This document shows, one piece after another, positions 8,424-17,782 of a stretch of DNA of 53,857 bases; the stretch's first letter is position 1; the number at the start of each line of letters is the position of its first letter. The DNA comes from an uncultured Pseudomonadota bacterium. GTDB taxonomy: Bacteria > SAR324 > NAC60-12. A program made the position numbers and the translations under genes. The DNA is taken from assembly GCA_964597275.1 (NCBI GenBank), contig CAZQXS010000007.1, forward strand, positions 1 to 53,857, given 5' to 3'. The notes below the pieces were generated by a model. That model did not search any database and was not told the DNA's origin. It saw nothing but the letters and a program-made list of their open reading frames with translations.

Positions 8424-11400
8424 CTACGCCTTGGGCAGGGGACGCCGGGGCGGAGTGTCAAACTGCATCGGCGTGATCGGCTCGTCCTTGAGCCGTTTCA
8501 GCATCACCTCCACGGCGCGTTCCAACTGCAAGTCGCGCCCCTGCTGATAGGATTGCGGGGTGTCCTCCACTTCGATGTCCGGGTCCACCCCGTAGTTTTC
8601 GACCGACCATCCGGCGTGATGGAACCAGATGGAGTACTGCGGCTGCGTGGTTGTGGTGCCGTCCACGAGTTGGTAGCGGCTGTCAATGCCGATCACTCCG
8701 CCCCAGGTGCGCTTGCCCACCACTGGACCCAGCCCGAGTTCCCGAAAGCTGGCGGTGAACATGTCGCCATCGGAACCCGCGAACTGGTTGGTGAGCGCAA
8801 GCAGATGGCCGCGCAAGGTGTGGTAGGGATACGATTCCGGGGTGCCCCAGCGCGGCACATCGTAACCGAGGTGCCGGTGCATCAGCTTTTCCAGAATCAG
8901 CGGGGAAATCATGCCCCCAGCATTGTAGCGCACGTCAATGATTAGGCCGTCGCGATCCACTTGCGCGAGGTAGCCCCGGTGGAACTCGGAAATGCCCAAC
9001 TCCGCCATGTCCGGAATGTGCAGGTAGCCCACGCGCCCGGCGGTGGCTTCGGAAACAAGCGCGGCGTTCGTCCGTACCCACTCGCGGTAGCGGGAGGTGC
9101 GCTCGGAGGCCAGTGTGCGCACCACCACATGGCGCGGCTGGTCCGGAGTGTCCTTTGAAGCAACGGTGAGGATGATCTGCTCGCCCGCCTGATTGACCAA
9201 CAGCTCGCCCGGCGTGGTTTGGGCTTCCAGCGGAACTCCGGCGATGCCCAGCAGCACGTCGCCCGGTTGCACCAGCATTCCCGGCTCGGCAAGGGGCGAG
9301 TGCCCGTTGCGGCACCACACATCACCCTCGTAAATGCGCTGGAACCTCCACGCCGAACACTCCGGATCGTAAGCCAAATCCGCTCCCAGCCAGCCCACCG
9401 GATAGCGCGGGCTGAACGGATAATCGCCGCCGTATTCGTAGGCGTGGGAGGTGCCGAGTTCCCCCTGCATCTCCCAAATCAGGTCCGAGAGTTCCGAGCG
9501 CGAACCAATGCGCGGCAACAGCCGTTCGTAGCGTTTGAACACGCGCTGCCAGTCCACACCGGACATGTCCTCGGTCCAGAAGAACTCCTGCTGAAGCCGC
9601 CACGCTTCCCGGAACATCTGCGCCCACTCCTGCGGATAGTTGACGGAAATGCGCACCCGCGACAAGTCCAGCCAGCCCGTGCGCCGCGAAGGCGTGTCGT
9701 CGCCATCTTCTGGAGCCGGAACCCCGGCTTCCAACACACGAACTCGAGCTCCTGACGTGTAAAGCAGCGTGCGGCCCGATGCCGCGACCTGAAGAGTGCC
9801 CACATCCTGCGCCAGTGTTTCCCGCTCGCCCTTCTCGAAATCCCACACCCAGAGCAAGCCCTCCTCCGAATTCGCGTTTTCCGGGGGGTCGTCCATCGAG
9901 CCACGGATGGGGTACTCGGTGAAGAGGACGCGGTTGGGCAGGCCAGCCACCTGTTCGTAAAGGCTTTCCGGCACCGGGAATTCGACCACCCGGTTTTGGA
10001 TGCCCTCCAAGTCAATGGTGATGCGGAACTCCTTGGGCGGAGGCGGTTTGGGGGCAGAAGGGTCTTCCGGCGCTTCGGCTTTTTCGGAGGCGGCTTCAGG
10101 AGCGGGGGCGGGAGGCGGCTCCGGAGGGGGAGGCGGGTCGTCCTTCGGTCCCGGCGGACGCGGCAGTTCCAGAAAGGGGCTGGGAATGTCTTTTTGGAGC
10201 GTGATGAGGTAGGGTTTGATGGAGCGCGAAAAGGTGGTGGCAGTCTGCACCGTGTCCCAAATCGGGTTGTAGGTGCGCGACGAGAGAAAGTAGAGCCAGC
10301 GGCCTTCGGGATCCCACGAAGGCGTGAAGTCGTAGCGCACGGGGTCGCTGACCTGCACGGGCGTTCCGGGTCGGATCGCCTTGCCCTCCTTCTGCACCCC
10401 AAGGTCCACGAGGAAGATCGCCTTGAGTTCCACGCTGAGGTTCTTGCTGTAGGCCAGCCAGCGGCCATCCGGGGAGAAGGCCGGATCGTCAATTTCGGAA
10501 ACCTCCGATTGATCCAGTCGCCGCAAGCGCCCCGTGTTGGCGTTCATCCACCAGAGTTCCATGCGGCTGGTGGTCATCACCAGATGGGCATGGCGAGGCG
10601 AGGCGACCAAGTCCTGCACCCGTCCGGGCGGCAAGCGGAAACGGGCCGCAGGCGCAAGGGTCGGCTCCATCGAGAACACCTCCAAGCGCTCCTGCCCTTT
10701 CGCATCGGAAATCACAACCACGCGGCTGTCCGGGAGCCAACGCTGGAGGCGGTAGCGCACGCCATCGCGCACGCCAAGCTGGGTGGCGGCGAGTTCCCAA
10801 AGCGGCATCCCAAAGAGCTTGCCCCGCGCTGTGAGCGCGACCCCGTGCCCTTCCGGGTGGAGGTCTATGTCCTCCAGATAATGATCTCCGAAGAAGAAGC
10901 GACGCTGCATCCGGGAGCGTTGCGTCGCCCAGCCGATGTCGATGCGCTGTTCGCGTTTTGGGCCTCGCGGCTGCTGCACGTCAATGTGCCAAAGGTCGCC
11001 CCCGACGTGATACACCACATGCCTGCCGTCCGACGCGGGTTCCCGGACGTAGTATTCCCGCTGAAAGGATTCGGGCTGGAGGTCACTGCCGTCCGCCTCG
11101 CAGGAGTAGAGGTTGCCGATGCCCTCGTGGTCTGAGACCAACCAGATGCGCTCGCCAATCCACTGGGGGCGCACCGGATTTCCGGGCAAATCCTTGAGGA
11201 TGCGCTGAAACCCGCCCGTGCCGTCCGCATCCATCCAGACTTCTCCGACCATGCCTCCGGCGTAGCGTTTCCAGCGCGAGTTGGCCAGCGAGTTGCGGCC
11301 CAACACGATGCCTCCCTCGGTGGCTGGTCGCTGGTCGCTGGTTTCGCGGGCATGGCCCGCTCCTACGTCCTCGGATTGCTGCCGTTTGCCGTTTGCCGTT

Positions 11401-11885
11401 TGCCCTAGCTCTTGGTGGCTGACGGTCATCGCCGGACCATAGGGCAACCGCTCGACCGGGCCGCCCTGATGCGAAACGCGGTAAATCCACGCATCTGCGC
11501 CCCGATGGTGAATGGATTCGTGGACGCTGACGAACAGCACGTCCTGCCCGTCTGGAGACCACCCCACCACATGGAGGACGGAGTTCAGCCAGGTGAGCCG
11601 CTGCATCTCCCCTCCGGAGGTGGGCATCAGGTACACGTCGTGGTCGCCCTCCTCCATCGCACAGAGGGCGATCCAGCCGCCGTCCGGAGAAATCCGGGGA
11701 CTGCGGACCTCGCTGCGGGAGTTGGTGAGACGACGGGCCGTGCCTCCGGCGAGCGGCACTTCCCAAAGGTCGTCCTCACTCTGGAAGACCACCAACTCGC
11801 CCTGCACGTCGGGTTGCCGGAAGTAGCCTTGGGCACAAGTGGAGGTGCCGTTTTTATTCGGGGAAATTGTGGTTTGGGTGGTCAT
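8424..11885 (-). CDS. tricorn protease homolog (S41 family, beta-propellers + PDZ + peptidase core)
   Basis: 1153 aa. The N-terminus YFRQPDVQGELVVFQSEDDLWEVPLAGGTARRLT is typical of tricorn. WKRYAGG motif, repeated propeller blades, and a C-terminal S41 region (...LTNQFAGSDGDMF...). No signal peptide. Contains lineage-specific low-complexity inserts. Confidence 0.9.
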   Translation of the reverse strand: MTTQTTISPNKNGTSTCAQGYFRQPDVQGELVVFQSEDDLWEVPLAGGTARRLTNSRSEVRSPRISPDGGWIALCAMEEGDHDVYLMPTSGGEMQRLTWLNSVLHVVGWSPDGQDVLFVSVHESIHHRGADAWIYRVSHQGGPVERLPYGPAMTVSHQELGQTANGKRQQSEDVGAGHARETSDQRPATEGGIVLGRNSLANSRWKRYAGGMVGEVWMDADGTGGFQRILKDLPGNPVRPQWIGERIWLVSDHEGIGNLYSCEADGSDLQPESFQREYYVREPASDGRHVVYHVGGDLWHIDVQQPRGPKREQRIDIGWATQRSRMQRRFFFGDHYLEDIDLHPEGHGVALTARGKLFGMPLWELAATQLGVRDGVRYRLQRWLPDSRVVVISDAKGQERLEVFSMEPTLAPAARFRLPPGRVQDLVASPRHAHLVMTTSRMELWWMNANTGRLRRLDQSEVSEIDDPAFSPDGRWLAYSKNLSVELKAIFLVDLGVQKEGKAIRPGTPVQVSDPVRYDFTPSWDPEGRWLYFLSSRTYNPIWDTVQTATTFSRSIKPYLITLQKDIPSPFLELPRPPGPKDDPPPPPEPPPAPAPEAASEKAEAPEDPSAPKPPPPKEFRITIDLEGIQNRVVEFPVPESLYEQVAGLPNRVLFTEYPIRGSMDDPPENANSEEGLLWVWDFEKGERETLAQDVGTLQVAASGRTLLYTSGARVRVLEAGVPAPEDGDDTPSRRTGWLDLSRVRISVNYPQEWAQMFREAWRLQQEFFWTEDMSGVDWQRVFKRYERLLPRIGSRSELSDLIWEMQGELGTSHAYEYGGDYPFSPRYPVGWLGADLAYDPECSAWRFQRIYEGDVWCRNGHSPLAEPGMLVQPGDVLLGIAGVPLEAQTTPGELLVNQAGEQIILTVASKDTPDQPRHVVVRTLASERTSRYREWVRTNAALVSEATAGRVGYLHIPDMAELGISEFHRGYLAQVDRDGLIIDVRYNAGGMISPLILEKLMHRHLGYDVPRWGTPESYPYHTLRGHLLALTNQFAGSDGDMFTASFRELGLGPVVGKRTWGGVIGIDSRYQLVDGTTTTQPQYSIWFHHAGWSVENYGVDPDIEVEDTPQSYQQGRDLQLERAVEVMLKRLKDEPITPMQFDTPPRRPLPKA
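11323..11404 (-). repeat. two short heptanucleotide tandem-repeat tracts inside the tricorn gene
   Basis: GCTGGTC GCTGGTC GCTGGTT at 11323-11343, and GCCGTTT x3 (+GCC) at 11381-11404. Each tract is 21 nt, so the frame is preserved. They encode ...GQTANGKRQQ... and ...ETSDQRPAT.... Confidence 0.85.
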
Positions 11886-11897
11886 GGACGTTGAGGG

Positions 11898-13730
11898 TTA
11901 CAAGTCAATGCTGATGCGGAAAACGATGCCGTCGGGACTCTTGCGGTTGCTCTCGACCACGCGCTGGTCCGTGAATTCCGGGAGTGCCTTGAGCCGGGTT
12001 TTGAGCAACTGAAGTCGATCGTAGCTGTCAATCAGGCCGCTGATCGAAAAACGCGAATCGCCGTATTCGAGGCGGTCAATGCGATAAACCCCGGAGCCAG
12101 ACTCCTGCGCCAGCAGCCCGGAAAAGCGGCTGAGGAAATCGAGCATCCGGTAATCGCGTTGCAGGAAGGACTGGCTGACTTCAATCTGGTTGCGGCGTTT
12201 TTCGATGAGGGTTCGCAGTTCCTCAAGCTGCCCCGGAATCGTGGTCGCAATCGGGGATCCCAGCACCTGCTGGAGTTGCGAGCGCACCTGCTGCTCGGTC
12301 TGTGCGATTTCCTGCCGGAGCAACACTTGGGCGTTGTGCAGGCGGAATCCAAACACTCCGGCCAAGGCGATGAGCAGCAAAGCGGCCAGGGCCAATCCCC
12401 AGCGGTGCCGCTTGACAAAACGCCGCCACGGCAGCGTTTGGGTGTAGAGCCGCAGCGGGTGGGCATCCTGAAGCAGCGAGGCCAGCGTGTGCAGATCGCC
12501 CGCAATGCCCCAGGCCTTGCGCCCCTCCAGCGTTTTCAGGCTGGGCGTTCCCCCCTCCGGCGGCAGTCCGACATCGGCCAGCATGGGCAGAGTTTCATTT
12601 TCAGGAAAGTCCTCGTCGTCCTCCGGTGTTTCCTGATCCCGTGCCTTGGCCTGCTGTTTGAGTTCGGCAAGCGTTTCCGGCGTTTTTTCGGAAGCCTCCG
12701 CCTCGTCCTCCAAATCCTCGTTGAACAACAGGTCCAGCGTGTCCTCATCCTCGCCAGTCGAAGACAAATCGGGAGCGGGCGACACACCTTGCAGAAAATC
12801 CTGCGCTTCCGGGAGCGGCAAGCTCCGGAGCCGCACCGCAAGTCCGTCCCATTCAAGAAAGGGACTGAAAATGCCGTGAAAGCGGATTTCGGATTCCGCC
12901 ACCAAGCCTTGCAGCCGGAAGGTGCGCGTGAACTGCGCGGCAAGCCAAGCCAGCTCTTGCTGAAAATCGTCGGCTCCGGACAGCCACTCGGCCTGTGGTT
13001 CCGTGTCAGAACCGTTGCCGCGGCTTGCGAAGCCCCCCAGCAATTCCGGCAACGTGGGCAGAATCGCCGCGTGCGCTCGCAGCAACTTGCCAATCCCGTG
13101 GGCGAAGTGGACGATGTTGGCGAGCTTGCCCTCCCGGATCACCACGACAAACGCCTCTTCCGGCCCCACATAGCCAAGGAAGCCAGACTCCCCTTCGGTC
13201 AGCGGACGCATCAGGTGCAGGGCCACCGCCGCATGGTCAATGCTACGCAGGTGCAGGTCGTGTTCAAAGAACACCTCTCCGGCAGACTCCAGCAGCATCC
13301 GTGGTGCCAACGCTACCAAAACTTGCGTACCCTCGCCCTCCGGCTGGAGGTGGTGGACGTACTCCAGTTGCGAGAAATCCTCGACCAACTCGCTTTCCAG
13401 TTCAAAGGGCAACGCCTTGCTGATCTTGCGGGCGTCGGAAAACGGAAAGTGCAGTTTCCGGAAAATCAGTTCGCTCGTGGGCAGCACCAGCACCACCGGA
13501 AGCCCCTTCCAGCCCGCTCCTTCGAGCAGGCTCGTGAGGGGGGCAGTCAGGTCGAAGCTTGCCGAAACGGTGGCGGCAACCGGAGGGTCACCCTCCGCCA
13601 AGCCCGGAGTTGCGGGGTTGACCCAAGCCAACTGATGGCCAAGGACCGTGCGCCGTTTGTGGTCGAGATGCACCCCTTCCACAAAAAAGCGGTTGGCGGA
13701 GAGCAACAGCAGTTCGGAATCCTTCGGCAT
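11898..13730 (-). CDS. GspL/PilM-like bitopic membrane protein (actin-like cytoplasmic domain, acidic linker, one TM, periplasmic domain)
   Basis: Start taken at MPKDSELL (ATG 13730..13728), which overlaps the upstream TGA by 1 nt. LPVVLVLPTSELIFRKLHFPFSDARKISKALPFELESELVEDFSQLEYVH resembles the GspL/PilM motif (ALPyxlEExl..d.e.lh). Single TM WGLALAALLLIALAGVFGF, followed by a coiled-coil and an alpha/beta C-domain. The function call is a remembered-motif inference. Confidence 0.5.
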   Translation of the reverse strand: MPKDSELLLLSANRFFVEGVHLDHKRRTVLGHQLAWVNPATPGLAEGDPPVAATVSASFDLTAPLTSLLEGAGWKGLPVVLVLPTSELIFRKLHFPFSDARKISKALPFELESELVEDFSQLEYVHHLQPEGEGTQVLVALAPRMLLESAGEVFFEHDLHLRSIDHAAVALHLMRPLTEGESGFLGYVGPEEAFVVVIREGKLANIVHFAHGIGKLLRAHAAILPTLPELLGGFASRGNGSDTEPQAEWLSGADDFQQELAWLAAQFTRTFRLQGLVAESEIRFHGIFSPFLEWDGLAVRLRSLPLPEAQDFLQGVSPAPDLSSTGEDEDTLDLLFNEDLEDEAEASEKTPETLAELKQQAKARDQETPEDDEDFPENETLPMLADVGLPPEGGTPSLKTLEGRKAWGIAGDLHTLASLLQDAHPLRLYTQTLPWRRFVKRHRWGLALAALLLIALAGVFGFRLHNAQVLLRQEIAQTEQQVRSQLQQVLGSPIATTIPGQLEELRTLIEKRRNQIEVSQSFLQRDYRMLDFLSRFSGLLAQESGSGVYRIDRLEYGDSRFSISGLIDSYDRLQLLKTRLKALPEFTDQRVVESNRKSPDGIVFRISIDL

Positions 13731-16700
13731 CAGTATTCCCGCTCCTGCAACGTGTCGCGGATGCGTTGCACCTGTGCCCACGTCGGTTGCTGAAAATCAA
13801 CCGCAGGTCCGTGCGGCATGCCCCGCAGAAAAACGTACAGCACCCCGCCAAATCGCTGCTCCCACTCCTCGGCAGTTTGGATGCCCAGCCAGTGGGCTGT
13901 TGCCAGTGTGTAAATCTCGACCTGCAAGGCGTAGTGGTTTCGGACGGTTTCCGCGAGGGTTTCCGCTTCGTAATTGTCGAGGCGGTTGCTCTTCCAGTCC
14001 ACCAGAAAAATGCGTTTCGACTCTGGCGACTCCGGCTCTTCGTGTTCAAAGAGCAGGTCAATCGAACCTTGCAGGTAGCCCCGCTCGATTTGCCAAGGTT
14101 TGCTGGAGTCGTGCGTTCCCAACTTGGGGTGCTGTGCTTCTGGAATGGGAAGGTGAAAGGCCAGTTCGGGGAGTTTCCGGGAACAGTCCACAATCCGCAA
14201 GGGCTTTCCGCGTGCAGGAATCGGAACCGGACGAGTCAGCGAATGCCAAACCAGCGACAAAGCCTGCTCCCGTCCGGCCTCGTCCACCCCATGCCGCTCC
14301 GAAACGGACTGAAACAGTGTCTGGGTGCGCTCCGACCACTCCTCAAAACCCGCCGCTCGCTTCACGCCCTCAAACTCCACCAGTTCCAGCAACTCGTGCA
14401 AGTAGGTTCCCGTGTTGGCTCCGCCGGGCAATGGTTCCGGAACGGCTTGGGGGCGGAGGGGTTCGCGCAACGCAACCTCGTCGGACTCCTTCGCTTCCTC
14501 CATCTGGTCCGGCAACATCGTTTGCGTCGGTTTTTGTGCAGATTCGTGGATACTGCCCTCTGCCTTCTTATCCTGACGGTTGAGCCGCGAAAAAGAGGTG
14601 GCCACCAAGCCGCGATGCTGGGCTTTCAGTCCCCAAAAGAGAGAGGATGAGAACGGAGGCATGGAGTGGGCCGCTGGCTCGTGGGTCTGGTCTGCTCCGA
14701 CCTCCCCTGTTGGCCTGCTCCGTTCGGGCTGAGCCTGTCGAAGCCCCTGACCTCGCCCTGTGACAAGCTCAGGACGAGCGGAAACCACGAACCCTGTTTC
14801 GTGTCCAGTGCTCCCCATTTCGTCCAATGCCTCCTGCAACAACGACAGCGGGGCACCTTCTGAAAGCTTGCTGACTCGCAGATCGGGACAATGCTCCAGT
14901 CGAGGGAACGCGGGGAGGTAGAGCCGTCCGCCTGCACGGGTGAGCGCGACATAGAGCATCCGCTCATTTTCCGCCTGCTCTTCTTGCTCAACGGCCTCCT
15001 TGGAGGTTTTCAGCAGGTCAATGACGACCGCGCCCCCCTCTCCGTGAAAGCGCTGGGTCCGCTGGGGATGAGGCCCGGTGAGTCCGCCACAGACAAACAC
15101 CACTGGAAACTCCAGCCCCTTCGCCGCATGAATGGTCATCACCTGCACGGCCTCCTGTTCGCTGTCCAGCCGCAAGGTGTTGGCGTCCCCTGCGGTTTCG
15201 GGTGCGTTGATGCAGCGTTGCAGGCTTTGGATGAGTTCCGGGAGGTCAAGGTGTTGGGCAAGCCCGTCCTGAATCAAATGCTGGATGAGGTGCAGCCGAT
15301 TGGTGGCTTCGCGCTCGGCGGGATGGTGGAGCAAATCCCGCTCCACGACTTGCGTGAACTTTAGCAATGCGCTGAAAAGCCGTCGGTAGCGGCGCTGCTG
15401 GGCCAGTTCCTGCCACTCCAGAAACTGCCGCCGGAGCGGGTGCCCCGCGCCTAGCGAACGTTGCGCTTCCAGCGTTTCCAGCCTAGCACCAAAGAAGTTC
15501 GTGAGCCACGCCTGCTGCATCCGCGACCAGCCTTCCGGCTGCTCCAAGGCTTGCAGGAAGGCGAGGATTTCCCGCGCCGCACGAGTTTGGAACAGCCCGG
15601 ACTGCTTGTAAACCGTGTGCAAGATGCCGTGCTGCCGAAAGGTCGCCGCAATCGCATCGGCCTCCTTGCGCTTGCGGCACAGCACCGCAATGTCCCCTGC
15701 GTTGAGGGGGCGGACGGTCTCGGCTTCCTTGTCAAACCACGTTGGCGGATCGTGGAGCAGGCGGCGGATTTCCTGCGCACACGCCCCGCGCAGTTGCTTT
15801 TCGGCAAACGCGACTTTTGGGTTCAACGCCTGTTTCAGCACGGACTGCACGGCTGGCTCATCCTCCGGATCCGGCAGGTGCGCCCGCACCTGCTGCACAA
15901 ACTCCGCCTCACCGTAAATCGTGCGATTCCGCAGAGGAGCCAGCGGCTCCTGCAACTCCGAGGGCAGGGCTTTTTTGCTGGTGCCGAAATCCTTGGATTG
16001 CAGGCGAAAGCGTGGCTCCGGAACCAGCAACCGGATGGGCGAAGCCGAATTTCCATCCGTGGGGGCCAACGCAATCTCCGGATTCCCACAAGCAAGGTTT
16101 TGATAAACGATGTCCGCCTCGCCCCCGCCTGCATTTTCAAAAAACTCCGGACGCCCGAAAATCTGGTTCACGCCCTCCAGCAACGCGGCGGACGAGCGAA
16201 AATTCTTGCCGAGCGTGAAGGGAGCCGATCGCCCGGACTGCTCCAGCAGTTCCTTGCGAGCCTGACGATACGTTTCCAAATCGGCGCGGCGGAATCCGTA
16301 AATCGCCTGCTTGGGATCGCCAATCACCACCAGCCGATGCTCCGGTGCCTCCAGAAACAACTCGCGAAAAATGGGCCACTGCACGGGATCGGTGTCCTGA
16401 AACTCGTCCACCACCGCGCACCGATAGCGGGTGCGCAAAGCATTGCGGAGCGTGGCGGCTCCGGGTGCGTCCGGACGAAGCTGGGCCTGCACCCGTGTGA
16501 GCATGTCGTCGTAATCGTAAATCGCGGCTTCCTCCTTGTGAGCTTGCAGATCGAGGCGGAACTGGCCCACCACCGATTTCAGCAGCCACGCTTTCCAGTG
16601 CTTGTCTTCCGCTCCGGCAAGTCCGGCCTCGGTCAGCAGGATGTGCAACGCCTCCACGGCGGTTCGCCATTCTGCAACCGTTTCCGAAACATCAAAAGTG

Positions 16701-17782
16701 GAATTTGCCCTTAATGCGGGATTGATCACCTTCCCCAAGTCAATCCCCATTGCTCGCCCCAACACCTCGTCCAGAGACAGACCCTTGCGGACCAGCGCCA
16801 GCAAGTTCGTGAGCGAGTCCAGTGCCTCAAACATTTTTTTGCTGGAGCGCCTATCGAGGTTGAGCTGCTCATAAGCGATCCGGACGGGATGGGTCTGGAT
16901 GTCGGTGGCGGGTGGCTGTTCGCCATTTGTAATTGCCTCGGCGGATTCGGCGAGCTTGCCGTTGCTCTCCCGCAAACGCTTCCACAGCGGCTCGAACTCG
17001 GCGAGCAGGGTCTCCCAATCCGGAAACTCCGGAATCAGGCGATCTGGGTGCTTTTGCAACTCGGCAACTTCCTCCAGCAGCTTGGCAGGCCGCAGTCCGG
17101 TGCGCTTGACCACCTGCTGGAACATTCGCCCCAAAGCGGTGTGCGGTTGCAGCAACTGCTGGCGCAGCAGGGCTTCCAGCAAATCCGGAAGGTATTCGTG
17201 GGCGGGCGTTTGCTGCTGCGTGAAAAGCTGGCGGTTCTCAAACGCAAATTCTCGGAGAACGCTCAGACAGAAGCCGTGGATCGTGTGAATCGCAATCGCG
17301 TCAAAATCCAGCAACGCCCGTTGCAGTTCCTCGGCATGAACGTCGTCCAACACCCAATGCGGCTGGTCGGCTTCCAACTCGTCGGACATACCGGATTCTC
17401 GCTGGTGGAGCAGTTCCCGGAGTCGGCTCCGCAAGCGTTCGCGCAACTCGTTGGTGGCCTTTTCGGTGAAGGTGACGAGCAGGATTTCCCTCAGTGGCAC
17501 CCCGGCTTCCAAGACCAGTTCCAGCACCAGTTCGATGATGGCAAAGGTCTTGCCCGTGCCGGCGGACGCCTCCACGACGACCTTGCGGTCTGTGTGGAGG
17601 TCCAGCGCGGGCTGGGACCGTTGGGAACGAAAGAGATCGGACTGTTTTGCAATCCGGACAGTGGGCACTTGATTGACTCCAGCTTGTTCTTGCAACCCGG
17701 TCACTTTAAGTTCTTGGAACCGTAGGGGAAAGACTAAAGGGCAATCGCCCAAGGTGAAAGGCGTAGAAACTGATGGAGGCAA
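13730..17782 (-). CDS. RecB/AddA-type UvrD-family helicase fused to a PD-(D/E)XK nuclease
   Basis: Helicase motifs: EASAGTGKTF (I), VDEFQDTD (II), GDPKQAIYGFRRAD (III), KNFRSS (IV), IHAAKGLEFPVVFV (V), YVALTRA (VI). C-terminal RecB nuclease: GSIDLLFEH...IFLVDWKSNRL...YALQVEIY. The start is uncertain. The TTG at 17782 would overlap the divergent kinase gene; the GTG at 17668 is preceded by GGAG 8 nt upstream and is a better candidate. Confidence 0.85.
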   Translation of the reverse strand: MPPSVSTPFTLGDCPLVFPLRFQELKVTGLQEQAGVNQVPTVRIAKQSDLFRSQRSQPALDLHTDRKVVVEASAGTGKTFAIIELVLELVLEAGVPLREILLVTFTEKATNELRERLRSRLRELLHQRESGMSDELEADQPHWVLDDVHAEELQRALLDFDAIAIHTIHGFCLSVLREFAFENRQLFTQQQTPAHEYLPDLLEALLRQQLLQPHTALGRMFQQVVKRTGLRPAKLLEEVAELQKHPDRLIPEFPDWETLLAEFEPLWKRLRESNGKLAESAEAITNGEQPPATDIQTHPVRIAYEQLNLDRRSSKKMFEALDSLTNLLALVRKGLSLDEVLGRAMGIDLGKVINPALRANSTFDVSETVAEWRTAVEALHILLTEAGLAGAEDKHWKAWLLKSVVGQFRLDLQAHKEEAAIYDYDDMLTRVQAQLRPDAPGAATLRNALRTRYRCAVVDEFQDTDPVQWPIFRELFLEAPEHRLVVIGDPKQAIYGFRRADLETYRQARKELLEQSGRSAPFTLGKNFRSSAALLEGVNQIFGRPEFFENAGGGEADIVYQNLACGNPEIALAPTDGNSASPIRLLVPEPRFRLQSKDFGTSKKALPSELQEPLAPLRNRTIYGEAEFVQQVRAHLPDPEDEPAVQSVLKQALNPKVAFAEKQLRGACAQEIRRLLHDPPTWFDKEAETVRPLNAGDIAVLCRKRKEADAIAATFRQHGILHTVYKQSGLFQTRAAREILAFLQALEQPEGWSRMQQAWLTNFFGARLETLEAQRSLGAGHPLRRQFLEWQELAQQRRYRRLFSALLKFTQVVERDLLHHPAEREATNRLHLIQHLIQDGLAQHLDLPELIQSLQRCINAPETAGDANTLRLDSEQEAVQVMTIHAAKGLEFPVVFVCGGLTGPHPQRTQRFHGEGGAVVIDLLKTSKEAVEQEEQAENERMLYVALTRAGGRLYLPAFPRLEHCPDLRVSKLSEGAPLSLLQEALDEMGSTGHETGFVVSARPELVTGRGQGLRQAQPERSRPTGEVGADQTHEPAAHSMPPFSSSLFWGLKAQHRGLVATSFSRLNRQDKKAEGSIHESAQKPTQTMLPDQMEEAKESDEVALREPLRPQAVPEPLPGGANTGTYLHELLELVEFEGVKRAAGFEEWSERTQTLFQSVSERHGVDEAGREQALSLVWHSLTRPVPIPARGKPLRIVDCSRKLPELAFHLPIPEAQHPKLGTHDSSKPWQIERGYLQGSIDLLFEHEEPESPESKRIFLVDWKSNRLDNYEAETLAETVRNHYALQVEIYTLATAHWLGIQTAEEWEQRFGGVLYVFLRGMPHGPAVDFQQPTWAQVQRIRDTLQEREY

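Noticed and set aside
12159-13793. 544-aa plus ORF (also 9996..11135, 15461..16714 and 16889..17725) opposite the minus-strand trio
   Set aside because: Their translations are Arg/Gln/Leu/Gly-rich and featureless. The minus strand carries helicase, nuclease and tricorn motifs.
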